Source of the DNA: Tubulanus polymorphus
Taxonomy: Eukaryota; Animalia; Nemertea
Reading direction: 5' to 3'
NCBI RefSeq assembly: GCF_964204645.1
Contig: NC_134025.1
Coordinates: 22,796,299-22,860,298, forward strand
DNA: 64,000 nt
Part shown: piece by piece, positions 1 to 13,300 of the stretch
How positions within the stretch are numbered: position 1 is the first letter of the stretch
Layout: every line of letters begins with the position of its first letter
Notes under the pieces: model-generated
What the model was told of the DNA's origin: nothing
The model's database searches: none
What the model saw: the letters and a program-made list of their open reading frames with translations, nothing else
Made by a program: the position numbers and the translations under genes

Positions 1-342
1 GAGGCAAAGATAAAACACATTCCTTCAAAATACCAGACATATGCATGATAGTTCTCAGAAGTTTTTCTCACAATTGTATGGAAAGCTACTACGAATAACG
101 CAGCCCAGACTGTAATTTAACACAAGTAAAACACGATGTTAGTTGACAGCTATAGCGAAACCGATTTCAAAAAAGTCCCCATTTCAGGACACCTAGGTAA
201 AGTACAAAAGAAGTCCAACGCCTGCTCTTCAATGGACAGGCGTTTTATATTATGATGAGTATTTCTATCTTTAAAAACACACTTAAGCAAAGGTAGCGAC
301 TAGACGAGCTAAAATCAAAATTAATATATGATATAGTGAAAC

Positions 343-1329
343 CTGAATCGTGAGAACGGCGACGCATGAATTCATCATCGTCTGCAACTGTCCTCGGTTG
401 GCAGACACAAACGAACGCAGAGTCAATCATTTGACTATAGCAGCCTGTTTCTGGTAAGGAAATTAACCATATAAAACGTATTTACTTGCTGGTTAAAAGG
501 TTTCTAAATCGTTATGGAGCTCTGATACTTTAGAGAGTGAATTTAATATTGTATACTATTATTTTGAACACAATTTGGTCAAACTTATTATAGCCTTACC
601 GGTGTTAGACGATGTTAATGGCGAAGCCCGTGACTTACGCTGCAATGCGGGAGAACCCAGCGGTGAACCACCGGGCGACGGCCGGGGAGATGGTTTGGAA
701 GCACTTCTCTTCGATACGAAACCCGCACGAGTTTGCGCGGCACCTTCCGGCAACGTAAAACTTTCGTGCAGTTCCGTATTAGTTTTACCCTTAGCTGTAA
801 AGTGAAGGCATGCGGGATTATGAGAGCAATAAACGGTGTTAGAATTTTCCATAAGAATGAATAACTATATAAGACACCGCGGTTATAATATATCAACAGA
901 AAATAAACGTATTATGGAGGAATTTAATCAATTAGTTGAATAGTAACGTTGGCATGCTTATTCGTGTTGCATACTCACCGCGGCAAGGGTCGTGCGTCAT
1001 GAGAAACCTATCGAGTCTCTCCCAGCCGCCTCCCACTCGCACCATAACGCAGCTATTTAAGAATCTGACTAGAAACATTTTACGATGGTCCCCAAACTGG
1101 AAAAAGAATAATAGTTTCTCTAGCAAATGACAATTCGCTCGGAGTGAAGCGCGAGTGAACTTGAACTTAGGAACTTATGAAATCAAGTACCCGTCGAACT
1201 TACTCGATATTTGCCCTCTGCTATTCGTTCCATCGGGAATTGTCGACAACATGTACATTTCGCCACCTCGCGTTCGATTTCATCCTGCACCATTTCCGAT
1301 TCGGTCACCTGACGCTTCATTCGTGATTT
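343..1329 (-). CDS. MACF1/DST: Spectraplakin GAR (GAS2-related) microtubule-binding domain and start of Ser/Pro-rich tail; exons 1204-1329, 979-1096, 600-794, 343-387
   Basis: Spliced translation is [83 protein letters not shown]...[15 protein letters not shown]. The VMVRVGGGW and DPCR motifs are GAR hallmarks. Confidence 0.95.
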
Positions 1330-4300
1330 CTATACCGAAAAAAATGAGAGAAAACCATTTAGCGAAACGTTTTCCAAGATGAAAGTTTATGATAAACGTT
1401 TAGAAATACGCAGAATATCGCCATCGATGAAAAAGATACACGTAAAAAGAAACAGAACGGATGCCTTGTACTAATCAGGCAAAGTGAAAGCGTTCTATAC
1501 GTTATCAAACGCGGATGAACTAGTCATGCGTTACTAGTTCAAACAGTCGTTCTCTTGGATAACGGAAATGTTTAAATGTTTTAATGATCAGATGAATAAT
1601 GAGTAAGAATTTAATCTAGCCTAAAAGAAGCGGATAGATATTTGCTTTCATGCACGGAAGGACTTACAGCACCGCCAACAGGTCGGTAGCGTTTAGACTG
1701 CTGGAACATACAGTAAAAAAAACAAAACCGACTCATTTCTAAAGCTTGTTAATATGACGCTAATCCATGCAATTTATAATCGAAAATGATTTTAACATTT
1801 TTAACAAATTACTTTTCTCGTTAGTCAACGAAAACAGAAATCGAAGTATAAATATGACTTACGAATCGATCGGGTCGAAGAGCATCCATGAATTCGCGAT
1901 AGTCGATTTCGCCGCTTTTGTCGCGATCGAATATATCGAAAACGGCTCGTAATTCTGTACGGTTCGTGTGGAATTCTAAAAAGATAATCGCCAGATATCA
2001 TTTGAAAATACTTAGTACAAAACCTGGCTTGGAATCTATATTGAGATTTACTCACTAGAATTCATCATGCCTTCGATGAACTCCTCCCTGGATAAAGTGC
2101 CTTGCTCGCTGCGCGCTTGCTTACGGAATACATCTGTCAAACGGAATTTCTTCTCTTTAATCCACGCTAAATATCTTTGCCGCCAATCTTCGAAATTGAA
2201 ATTCTTAAAACTTTCCAACTGTAATTCAATGATAATTTCTATGATTACAAAATGCATCGAGGCAACGGTGGAATGATAGATGGTACGTATGCACATTTCA
2301 GCAGCATTAGAAGCATAAACTTTAAAACCCATAGACTAAATAATCATCGAAGCTTTCGCAAAGAGATGGTTTACATGTATACATATTCGTAAAACCCAAA
2401 CCCTATTTTTTTCACGATGTAAAATTCTCCTCCTTCTAAATTGAGCAAAATGTCCAAAGTGACACACATAGTTTTTTTGGTAGCAGCCTGTTGCTAGCAG
2501 TCTTTTCAGCATCAATAGATGAAAAATTATATATAAAATTGTGCACAAGACCAGGTAATTGAAGCCATGAAATCAAGATATTGCGCTATGACAGTAGCTT
2601 ACCCTCATTCGTTTCTGGGACGAAAATATAAAAAGAGTTTTTGAATCAAAATTTCGAATGTTCTAACAATGATATCAACACTAAAATGTAAATTTTCATA
2701 GATGGTGGAGAGATTTCAGATGAACAAAACTCACCTCTAGTAAATGATCTAAGGCGTCTTGCAACTTCTTTTTCCTATCGACCGATATTCTCCATAACGA
2801 GCGCCACCTAGCGTTTAACGTTGCGAGGCGAGTATTGTATATTGCATCGACAGGGTCGCCTCGTCTGCGAGTATTAGCACGCCTCATTCTTGAAGTTTTC
2901 GGCTTGTGAGGTAATTTCGTTACTCTGTCAGTTTCTTTGCCTTTGTTTGTAAGCTCTTCGTGGAAATCCTGAGAAAACAATCATCAAGATATAACTAACG
3001 ATGTACATCTATCTGTCAATATTCGAAGATTTTCATGCGACTTTTCAGAATTTCTCACCATATGTTCCCTGACTAACATTTCAACCTTTTCCAGACTGTT
3101 CAAGCTAGTTGCTTTCTCTCTGTTAACAATAACGTTATGACTGTCAGCCAGCCACTGTAGCAAGTCCTCCACAATGGCCGCATTTCCTTGGATAGCCCGG
3201 AGTGCATCGTGTAATCGTTGGGTTCGATTCTTTGTTCGACTTTTAACCTGTAATCAATTTACATCGAGAAACTAATAAATAATATCTAAAGACTTCATTT
3301 GTATCTGATTAGAATATTGGAAATATTGAACAAATCCGGCATTACGTACCTGGTCCCATCTAGTTTTTGTCACCGTGATGTAATACTTGACGAATTTTTT
3401 TGCGCTTGGATGACAATTTTCCAAAATCGTGCGTCCCAAACGAGATATATTCTCCATAACTTTATCTTTCTTGTTCGAGTCTTCTTGGAATTTCTACAGA
3501 AAACGGAGTATGAGGTGAGTGAACGATGAGAAAGTTTGGAAAGAAAGTGTTTCAAATTTATATCGATATAAGAAAAATACTAACCGCATGTTTTTCTATG
3601 AGTTTAACTATATCATCCTCTTCATCCGGTAAAGGTCGGAATTTCAGTTCGGATTCGGCATTTGGCAACCAGTCCAACATTGTTTGCACGTTGTTGTGGA
3701 ATGTTTCCGCCTGTGTTAACAAAATAGAGCTTGAAACCGTGGACGAGAAAAGATATTAGACAACACTAGACAACAATAGTTTAATAATCATATAGGCCTA
3801 TGCTAATTTTCATCAGAAATAATTGTTCAAGCAACGGCAAAAATACTTACTGTGGTAAGCGCAGATTGCAATTCTTTCTCTTTCTTTTTTGAAAGTTCAT
3901 TCACGTTGGTCCATTTTGATTGTAGAATGTCTAATTTATCGGCCAATTGGCCGTCCCCAGAGGCTCGTTTTATGAGGTCATCCATTGACGCTTGATGACT
4001 GTCCAAATCATCTTGGAATGTCTAAAATTTATATGATTTTACAACAGATATATGAAAACGATTGATCATGAGGCGCTATGAATATATGTGCACGAAATAG
4101 TGGCCAAAGAACACCAAGAACATGAGTGAAATTAGTCTTTAGCTTGTTGTTATTCATTTTCAGTTTCTGATCGATATGAATGACAGACCGGCCTGGAAAA
4201 TATCCCCTTTACCTTATGTTGTTCCAAGAGAATTTCGATTGTGTCCAAGTCACCTAATACTGGTTGTGAATCCTTGAATTGTTCTTCCGTTTTGGTCAGC

Positions 4301-7300
4301 CATTCGATCGTCGACTGAACGGCGTCGGAGTAGAGACCGGTCGAGAGAAGAACTCCATCCAACGTTGTTTGTCTGGAAATATTGAAAATCTGGACGGTGA
4401 ATACTCGCAAAAGATTGCTGTCGTAATTCGGACATGTTCTCATTATTGCAACGTATTGTTTCCTCTATGAGAACAATGCCACATGGTACAGATATGACCG
4501 CTCTGGGCCTCCGTACTATAGTATAAAACTTGTACTGGCTGCGTTTTCTGACATAAACATTTGTTTACCATTAATATACCGACACGTTAAGCAAATATCA
4601 TTTCCTGTGTGAAGAAGTTAAATATGATTCTCTAATCCTCATAATCTGTGTATGAATAAATTTGACTACAAGGATAACTAAACGGTATATGCATTATCGC
4701 ATTCATTTCAAATATCCTGTACATATAATTGGATTTCAGCTTAATGTCCATTCATGATATTTACGACTGGAATGATGCCCAATGATGTTTCTGATCAGGC
4801 CGAATGTTTATAGAAAGGATGCACTTAATAGTAGAATAACCACAATAAACATGGACAATAGGTGATAAAATAAAAATAATAAAAACCCGCTATGTACAGA
4901 TTTAGAAGTTTATAACCGAGAATTACTTACCGTTCCGATGCCACGTTCCGAAGTAACGTCCATTTACGTTTCAGTTCGTCAATCATGGTCTGCAGAGTTT
5001 CGCGGTCGGGATCGGCCTTCGTGCAACGATCTTTCAGGTTTTTACCGAGTCGAAGCGTCGTATGGTAGGCCGGATATTTCGCGTGGATTTGGTGGTTGAA
5101 CCGCTGAAATGTTACATTATGTCATGATTTAAATACCGAAACCGAAAGGAGTATAAAATTTGTGGTCAATATGGCGAACACGCTGACTTTTAAAATGTGT
5201 TTTTAAGTGCAAAATCACACGCAATCAAAATTCAGATCGGCTCGCACTCAAAACTTAAACGTGCGCCAAGAAAAACAAAATAATATGAACCCCGTAAGAT
5301 CAGTAATCTATAGTACGATAGATATATCTATATTTCTTCCCGTTTTGTTACACATTTTTCCAGTAAATCCCTAACAAAGCAATATCTAGATATAATGTAT
5401 TGTCTTTGTGGTATGTTCGAATGAAAGATCACTCAGTCAACGGGAGGATTACTAAAACACGAACACAATCAATATAGGTGTAAATTCATTTCGAAATTGG
5501 TGACACCGATAACAACGTAAACATGCAACGAATCTATACTTGCTCCCATCTTTTTTTCAGAAAAAAATGGAAAGTGTCTTTATGCGTCGAAATGAAGTGC
5601 ACCACATTTAAGGCAGACCGTGAACACGTAAATCTACTGATATTTAAATTCGAGTAACATTAAGTGTAAGAACAATAGGTTGGACATCACATCAAATTTA
5701 ACCTACGTTTACCTTCAGAGAGAAGTTCAAATAAATACCAAAAAGAAAGTTATTTTTACGCACGCTAATGAATCATAGATAAATATATTCGATTTTTAAT
5801 GATGCGAGATAATTAAGTTTTTAAGTATTCTTTGAAACTCATTTTTAACAGTTTCGTAAATAAATGATGACTATTAATGACGACTACTTACTCGCATTTC
5901 ATCAACATCGCTAGTAATGTCGGTCGGCGACTTCGACTTGGCAACATCCGATATCTTAGCTTTATATTCATCGCACCAGTTTGTAAGGTCCTTCCAACTC
6001 GTGTAAAACTGTCATCGATAAAATCAAAAACTTTCATCAGAAAATTTCGCAAACTCAATAAAGACATCGGATTTTGTGTTCACAAAAGAAAGTGTATGCT
6101 TACACGAAGATCCTCTTTGCGGGCTTGGTTTAACAAACGCCCTCGTTCTTCAGCTCGTCGTTTTAACTTTTTGAAGCGCAGTTTCAGATCTTGCAGTTGT
6201 CGTTTCACGTAAAGCGAGTCTTCCTTGTTACCGAAGTACTTCAGGTACGTGCCATTATTATCAATTTCTTCGAGAATTTTACGTTCATCTTCGATTTCAG
6301 CCAAGAATTCCTACAAATAGTAAAAAAAGTACATATAGTCTACATCAGTAGTTCTAAGGATTGTATAAATCGAATTGTTATGTTTCTTTACTTTGTGGTC
6401 CTCAATTTGTTTATCAATTCGTTCGACGACTTTACTGGGATAGCGGAATTCTTTCAGTTTGTCTTCTGCGGTAATCAACCAGTCCATACATATTTGAACA
6501 GTCACGTGGAAACCTTTCACTTTCTCGAGATGTCCTTCCAACTTGTGCTATCAACAGAAAGTTTATGAAATGATCTTTACTTGACGAATGGTATAACTCA
6601 AATTAGCAGGCATTTGATTGCACTTCAAAGCAAACCGCTTCCTATTTTGACGAATTATCACGGTCAATCAAAATTTTGGTAGATTCGTTGATAAACATTA
6701 ATTGCGTAATTTATCTTGCAAAAGAGATTTAAGATTGACGTATTCACCAGTTTTTTAGCTGCTCGTCGTTTGGTACTGTTCCATCGTTGTTTGAGTTTCA
6801 GCAGGTTGTCGGACAACTGCGCAGCGTCAGCCTCGGTACATCTGCTCAGTATATCCTCCCCGTTAAACAAGAGCATCTCGATATCACCATCGCGTTTCTC
6901 TAGCTCGACATATTTCGCCATGAATCGGTCGAGATTTTTCTTAGCGCTGTACGGAATGGCGCCCATCGGCGCAGCGTGTCGTAGTTCTGCCCGGAAATCA
7001 TTGACGAACTGAAGATTGTCATCAACTTCCCCGGAGAAAAGTTTCACCTACGCGTAATAGAAATTTGGATTAAAATCAGCAGCGTTATCATGGCTCCCTA
7101 ACTTCCCATTGCAGGATTTTGAGGGCTGTCAACTTCTGCAAAGTGCTATCAGTAACAAGTTGAATTTCTTTTTCTGTAATTCTTCATTGAGATACGAAAG
7201 AAAATTATTCAATTTAGTAATCACGGTAATCACAGTTATGACACTCAGTAACATCTTTCACATTTTTCCATCAAATCAAACAAATCACATCAGTATTTTC

Positions 7301-10300
7301 TCGGGACAAAATGGTAACAAAATACTGAAAATCAGGAACGGCTGGCAACTCAAGATTAACTCAACTTTACCTGTTTAAGAGTGTCTTGAAGTTTATTTTG
7401 TTTGTCTTTGATATCGAGGTAGATACTAGCTAATAAGCTGTTCATTTCATCTTTTTTCGTTTTTAGTTTAGACGGCGCATTGTGGTCGGATGTCATTTTA
7501 TCCACGGTTTTTGCCAGCTGTTTTATCGTTGGTTCGTGGTTCCGAATAGCTGCTTTCATGTGCTAAAACAGTGAAAAAATGTTTCAATTTCATATAAAGA
7601 ATAGAATTTCTGCTCCATAAATCTTCGATAGCTGATGTAATTTACCATGAGATTTTTTAGATGTATTTCAACACATTTCGGGTCACCGTACACTTGATTT
7701 AGTTGCGAAAGTCTATCTTCGGCATCTTGTAACATTCCAATCATGTCGTCCATGGCACTGTCAATCTCACCAACTTGAATCAGGCCTTGATTGAGTTCAT
7801 TCTTGAGTATTAGATAAATTATGTGTCACTTTAATTACTGAGAAAATTCTGAGAGAAACATTTCAAATAGTATTCATGATATCTCGGGTTTTACGATATA
7901 AACCTCGCGGTCGGCGATCTTAGCCAGAAGCTCTTCCCATTTCTCATTGACTTCTGCTATCATAGGTTCCAGTCGTTTGGTCGTCGAAGGAGCTGCTTTG
8001 ATGATTTCTTTAGCCTGTTGTGCAAGTGATTCGATATCTGTACTCTTCGGGTGAACCTGCACTTTGAGTACCTTGGATGAGAAGTGAAAGTTAGTTAACA
8101 TCGTACACTTAAACGCCATCTTGAAAATCAAAATTGATATGATCTATTTAATTATAATGCGAAAATCTTTCGATTGACTTAGTTCGAATTTCTGTGAATG
8201 AAAATGAATTTCGGTCATTTCAGCAAGCGACGTTCTAGAAAGCAATAGCACCACGTTAATCTTATTCAATCGTTATTCAGAGGAAACATGCTGGGTATAT
8301 GCCAGTTAACTTTCGCGATTTTGACAATTTCCAAACATTCAAGTTTTGAAATCGAGATCAGTTGCGTGGAAATTTATGGGTTTTTTTTCAAATAAGAATT
8401 GCACGCTATTATGATTTATCAAGAACGGCATGTACCCATAATCTTTTCTTATCAAAACCACCAAGTACCCTTAATCAAACCACATATTCAAGCCAACACA
8501 TTATCTGCTTAAGCGACCGTGTACATATCTAAAACTATGCAAAATTCGAGTCTATGGAGACAACTAGAAAGGTGAGGTATAGTGAACTAATGATATATAA
8601 CATTCGTGAAAATGGATCATGATCGTGCATCCAATATACATAAATATTCTTAATACTTTTTCTTATCGAAACAAAGCGCAATCGAGAAGTTGAACATACA
8701 GCGATAGGATAGGATTATCCAGGGGTAAGGGGAGGGTAAGCAGACAATAATCTCAGGTGAGCAACGCGTATCAATACAAAGCATTAAGAAGCTACAAGCG
8801 GGGAAAACACGATCCCACTACCACGTGAAATGTGAGTGAGAAAAGGAGCATGCAGTCACGCTGGGTGGTAAACTTATGCAATATAATCTCAAAGTTTCTC
8901 ATTTACTTTTAGTTGTTCAATCTGTATCCGGATGGACCGAGCATCAACAGCGACAGGGGGCATGTTCATTACAGTGTCGATGGCTGGCGGTAGCCACGAC
9001 ATAATACCCTAGAAAACAAACCACCTTTTGTATACAATGCTTGTGATACAAACGCTGGTGCCTTCGTGAAAAAAACAGCGATGATAGCGTTCCTTCGTTT
9101 ACATATAAAGCATTCACATAAAATCAAACTACATGTAATTTCAACAGTAAGACACGATAGATAACCACTAAAATAGTTGTTTAAAAACGATCCTCGAATT
9201 GCCCCGTTAGTAACACCTCTCTAACAATTTTCAAACGTTTGATATGTTATACATTTACTTTCTACGTTTTAACTCAAATAGAATTACCAAATCATGATCA
9301 TCGTGTACTGATGAACAATCCTAAAATATAGACGGGGTTAAAAGTATAATCAGGAAAGATTTGTGTACATGTAAAAATGATATAACAATCAACTCACCTC
9401 CATTAGTGATTGTAGTTTATTTGCTTTTTCCATTGCTATATCCAACTCTTCGTTTTTATCCTTCATATCGTCCTCGATGTCGTTGCATAGATCGTCTAAG
9501 TCGTCCATGTGTTTCTTCACTTCCATTTTAGCAGGTGGGCCACACGCAGCAGTTAACTTATCACCGAGCTGACTACATTCTTTGACATCGTCGGTAGCTT
9601 TATTGAACTCATCCTCTATACCCTGTTTTCGAAAATTTATGGTAACTTCATCAATTCCTAAACTTTCACGTGTTAACATATTAGATATTCCTAATAGCTT
9701 CGGAGGCAAAAAGAAGATTTCAAAACATATCTACCTTCATGTCATTCTGTTGTTCTTTGATGAATTCGGGGTCAATTGATTCGGCATCCAGTGACGCTAT
9801 ATTGTCCTGAAGTTCCCTGAGGGTATTGTCCAGTGTTTTGTACGTGTTCCAGAAATCGTCAGCGATCGGTAGCGCGTTTCTGATCGCACCCGATCGACCA
9901 GTTACCAGAGTATTCACATCGTTGTATGCGTTCAACAGGTCGGTTATTTTTTCTTTCGTATCGTCTGAAATTGAGAAAGATGTGATATAATCATGCGTAA
10001 TAATTCATTTATCAAAGTCGATAAATCTAAGTTTCTAATTTATCTATCTTTGACTAGGCTTATTTTTGAACATTATTGTTCGTGTAATAGGTACTCCATA
10101 CCTGTATATCACATACACAAAACAAAGGTAAGAATTAGAAATAACCAGCACTTAATCAAACCAATGAATATATCGTTTTCCAGTTCAACTACTCACCTTC
10201 AAGTTGACCATCTTCCGTCGGTTTTTGTGATATGTTTTGTAATTGCTCGACGAAAGGCTTTGTCCGTTCGAGACAACGGAAAATATCCTAATAAACAACA

Positions 10301-13300
10301 GAAAAAATAGATATAACCAATTGAAAGAACTAAGAAAGAAAAACTAAGTGTGAACGATGCGTGGATAAGAGCACATTATCGAAAAAAGATTAAAATTGAT
10401 AGAATTACATTGCCATATTGAACAAAACAATTTTGCAACGGAAATACCTGTAAGTCATCTAACTGCTTTTTCAGTTGAACAGGTTTTGCCGCAACAGGAT
10501 CGACGGATTGTAGTGCATCTTGTAGTCCAAGTAGTGTGTTCAGGGCATCTTCAACCTTGTCAATCAACTGCAATAGACGGCAAACATGCGATAGGAGTTG
10601 TTTGGCTCAAACGAATGAAATGACATAACCTGCTGAAAGTTACCTCGCTTGAAACGGCTTTAAGGGCACCGTCTAGAATATCCAGACGTTTAGAGCAAGC
10701 TGATGACACGTTGTCGAATCGTTTGTTCACTTGATTTAACTCTTCGCCGATGACGGCAGCATCTTCTTCGGGACATATCTCTACGAGTTCCTTGGCCGTC
10801 GCATTCAGATCTTCCAACTGCGGTTTGTGGTCATCGATAGACTGTTGGGATTCCTACCATGAGGATAATTTGAAATAAATAGTTATGCAGCAATTTGTGA
10901 TGAACTACATAAGGCACAATAATGAACAAAGCAAGACAATCGGAAAACGGTAGCGACTAAGCTTACCACGGCATTTTCTTTTTGCTTCTTGACTTGGTCT
11001 GGATTATCTCCGGGCGATTCTTGGCTTTGTGAATACACGTCTGCTTCGATCTCATCTAACCAGTTAACCACATCGTCGTGTGTCTGCCCATAATGAGTTA
11101 CTAATGGGAGCATATTCTCCAGTCTATCACGCTGGTTCGAACAGTCTTTCGAAAGCCGATCGGCCGTCTTTTTGGCCGAATCCAGCTTAAATCGAAGATC
11201 TCCTTGAGCATCGTCCGTAGTGAGACGCAGAGCTTTGTTGCACTTGTCCTGTAAATCTTTTATGTGCAATTGCTTCTCGGCGAGCTTTTCTTCCAGCGCC
11301 TGCGGATCAGAAGAAAACGACGATCCATTAAGATAACGCCAAAATTTCACAGCCGCATTGACGATTTTAAAGTATTCCCCGGGTGAGAAGGCATGTATAC
11401 AGTACTGTTTGAGATGAGGAAACATTGGTATACACGGTTCTCGCATGCAACAAGTGAGGCTGAAGTGCGCAGAGCCGGGATGAAACGCTAGAAAGAGTTT
11501 AACGTTACGACTCTTCTTGAGTTAGGATTTATTCTAAGAGAAAGTTGAAACTACAAATAGGATCCACACACATGAGGAGGCATGACTCACGGACTAGCTG
11601 TGGCAACATGTGGTTGGCAAACGTAAGGAATGAAACGATGTGGAGAGATGGATGCTGCTTGGCATAAGATTGTTCATCAATTAAAAGGGCATCGCTTTCA
11701 TTACGAGATACATCGATAAAAATTCAATTCAACTATACTCAATTTATTCACAACCATTTTGTATATGTTTTCGTTATGATTATGTAATTTCATTATAGAA
11801 AATAAAATGCTTTGCTGAGTCACGTTATGCTTATCAGTTGTCAGCTAGGATTTGGCTCCGCCCTGTTTGACAACGTGGATAAGTATTCCCGCTATATATA
11901 GGATTACAACACATACGGTACTGACGTGATTTCCTCATGGATATGATGAAATGGTTTGAATAACGCTATGCCGTCCCTCAATAAGAGCTCCACGAAGCAG
12001 GGATATCATAACAACTTTAGTTTTTCTAGGTAGTGGACACTTCACTTCATTTTTGTTTACGTATCATTTTCAAATTTTTATCATCATAAAGTAATCAAAG
12101 TTTGGTATTTTACTGAATATATGTTAACAATAGAAATGACAGATAATTCCACAGTTGCTTTATTAGCAACGGCGTGTACTTAATAAACCAAATTTTCGGC
12201 AATGTTTATCGTTTTCAGAAGAGCATCGAAGCGGTGGCACATTTAGTGATTTACGTACCAGCGTTTGCTGGGGACAACCTTGCTAATAATTACACCACGT
12301 GACCGAGTAATTGCTCGAATCAAATTACCAGGAATGTTTTCAAAACGGTTGAATGTGATACTTAACGCACAGTTATGCGACATACAAAATCCAAGCGGTA
12401 TATGCATGGCTCTTTATATACTCAACTACATTTTACATACATCTCACAGATAAAATAAAAGTTAGCAACATGATCAATGATATGATATGCATATAACACT
12501 GAATCCTTATTGCAGCTGTGGTTTAGCGTCTTATTTCAGCTTTAGATAACTAGATAATCCGACATGTGTTTTATACCATAGGTGTAGTATACGTGGATAT
12601 CAGATGTCAAAGCTAGCATCAGGGGCCAGTTGTACAGTCGTTGCAAAGTCAAAAAGTGGTCTCATATCTTAAGACTGGCATTAAGGTTTTAGATTGGCTA
12701 TAGAACTAAGTTGGTATTAGACTGGTCTTAAATGTAAGTCGTGACTATGGCAACTGGCCCCAGCTGAGAACGAGAAAACGAAAGTAAAAGTAAGACATAC
12801 CTTGTTATCGGCGAGAAGATTTTTGATAGCTTCGAGGTCGGCTCCCGGTTCGTCATTGTTCAATTCGGCTTCTAGATCCGCCAGATCTTTCATGTGCGCA
12901 TCAAGCAGCACATTGCTCTGGAACGTACACAAAAGACAAGAGTTGTACAACACTACATCGTCCGACTGGTAAAAAATATTTGGAACGCAGATGTGAAAGG
13001 ACATTTTTATGCGTTGTATAGCTGTTCGTTGGCCCACATTGCTGGCATATTATCCCATTACGCAAATTGTTCGCCAGAATTCGCTGATATACGTGACACG
13101 AAATCGGTGAAATTGCGCATCGGAATCCATCATATCGATGTTTTAAGTCAAAACAGAAAAGCGTATATCCAGACGGTATGTATGTAGATAATGTGTATTT
13201 CCGCGAACAGAATGAACGAAGTCAATTTCCTGTTTAGCTCGAGGCTAGAGAATTCAAAATATCCACGTAATAGTCAATTCTCAATGGAAAGCAGACCTCG

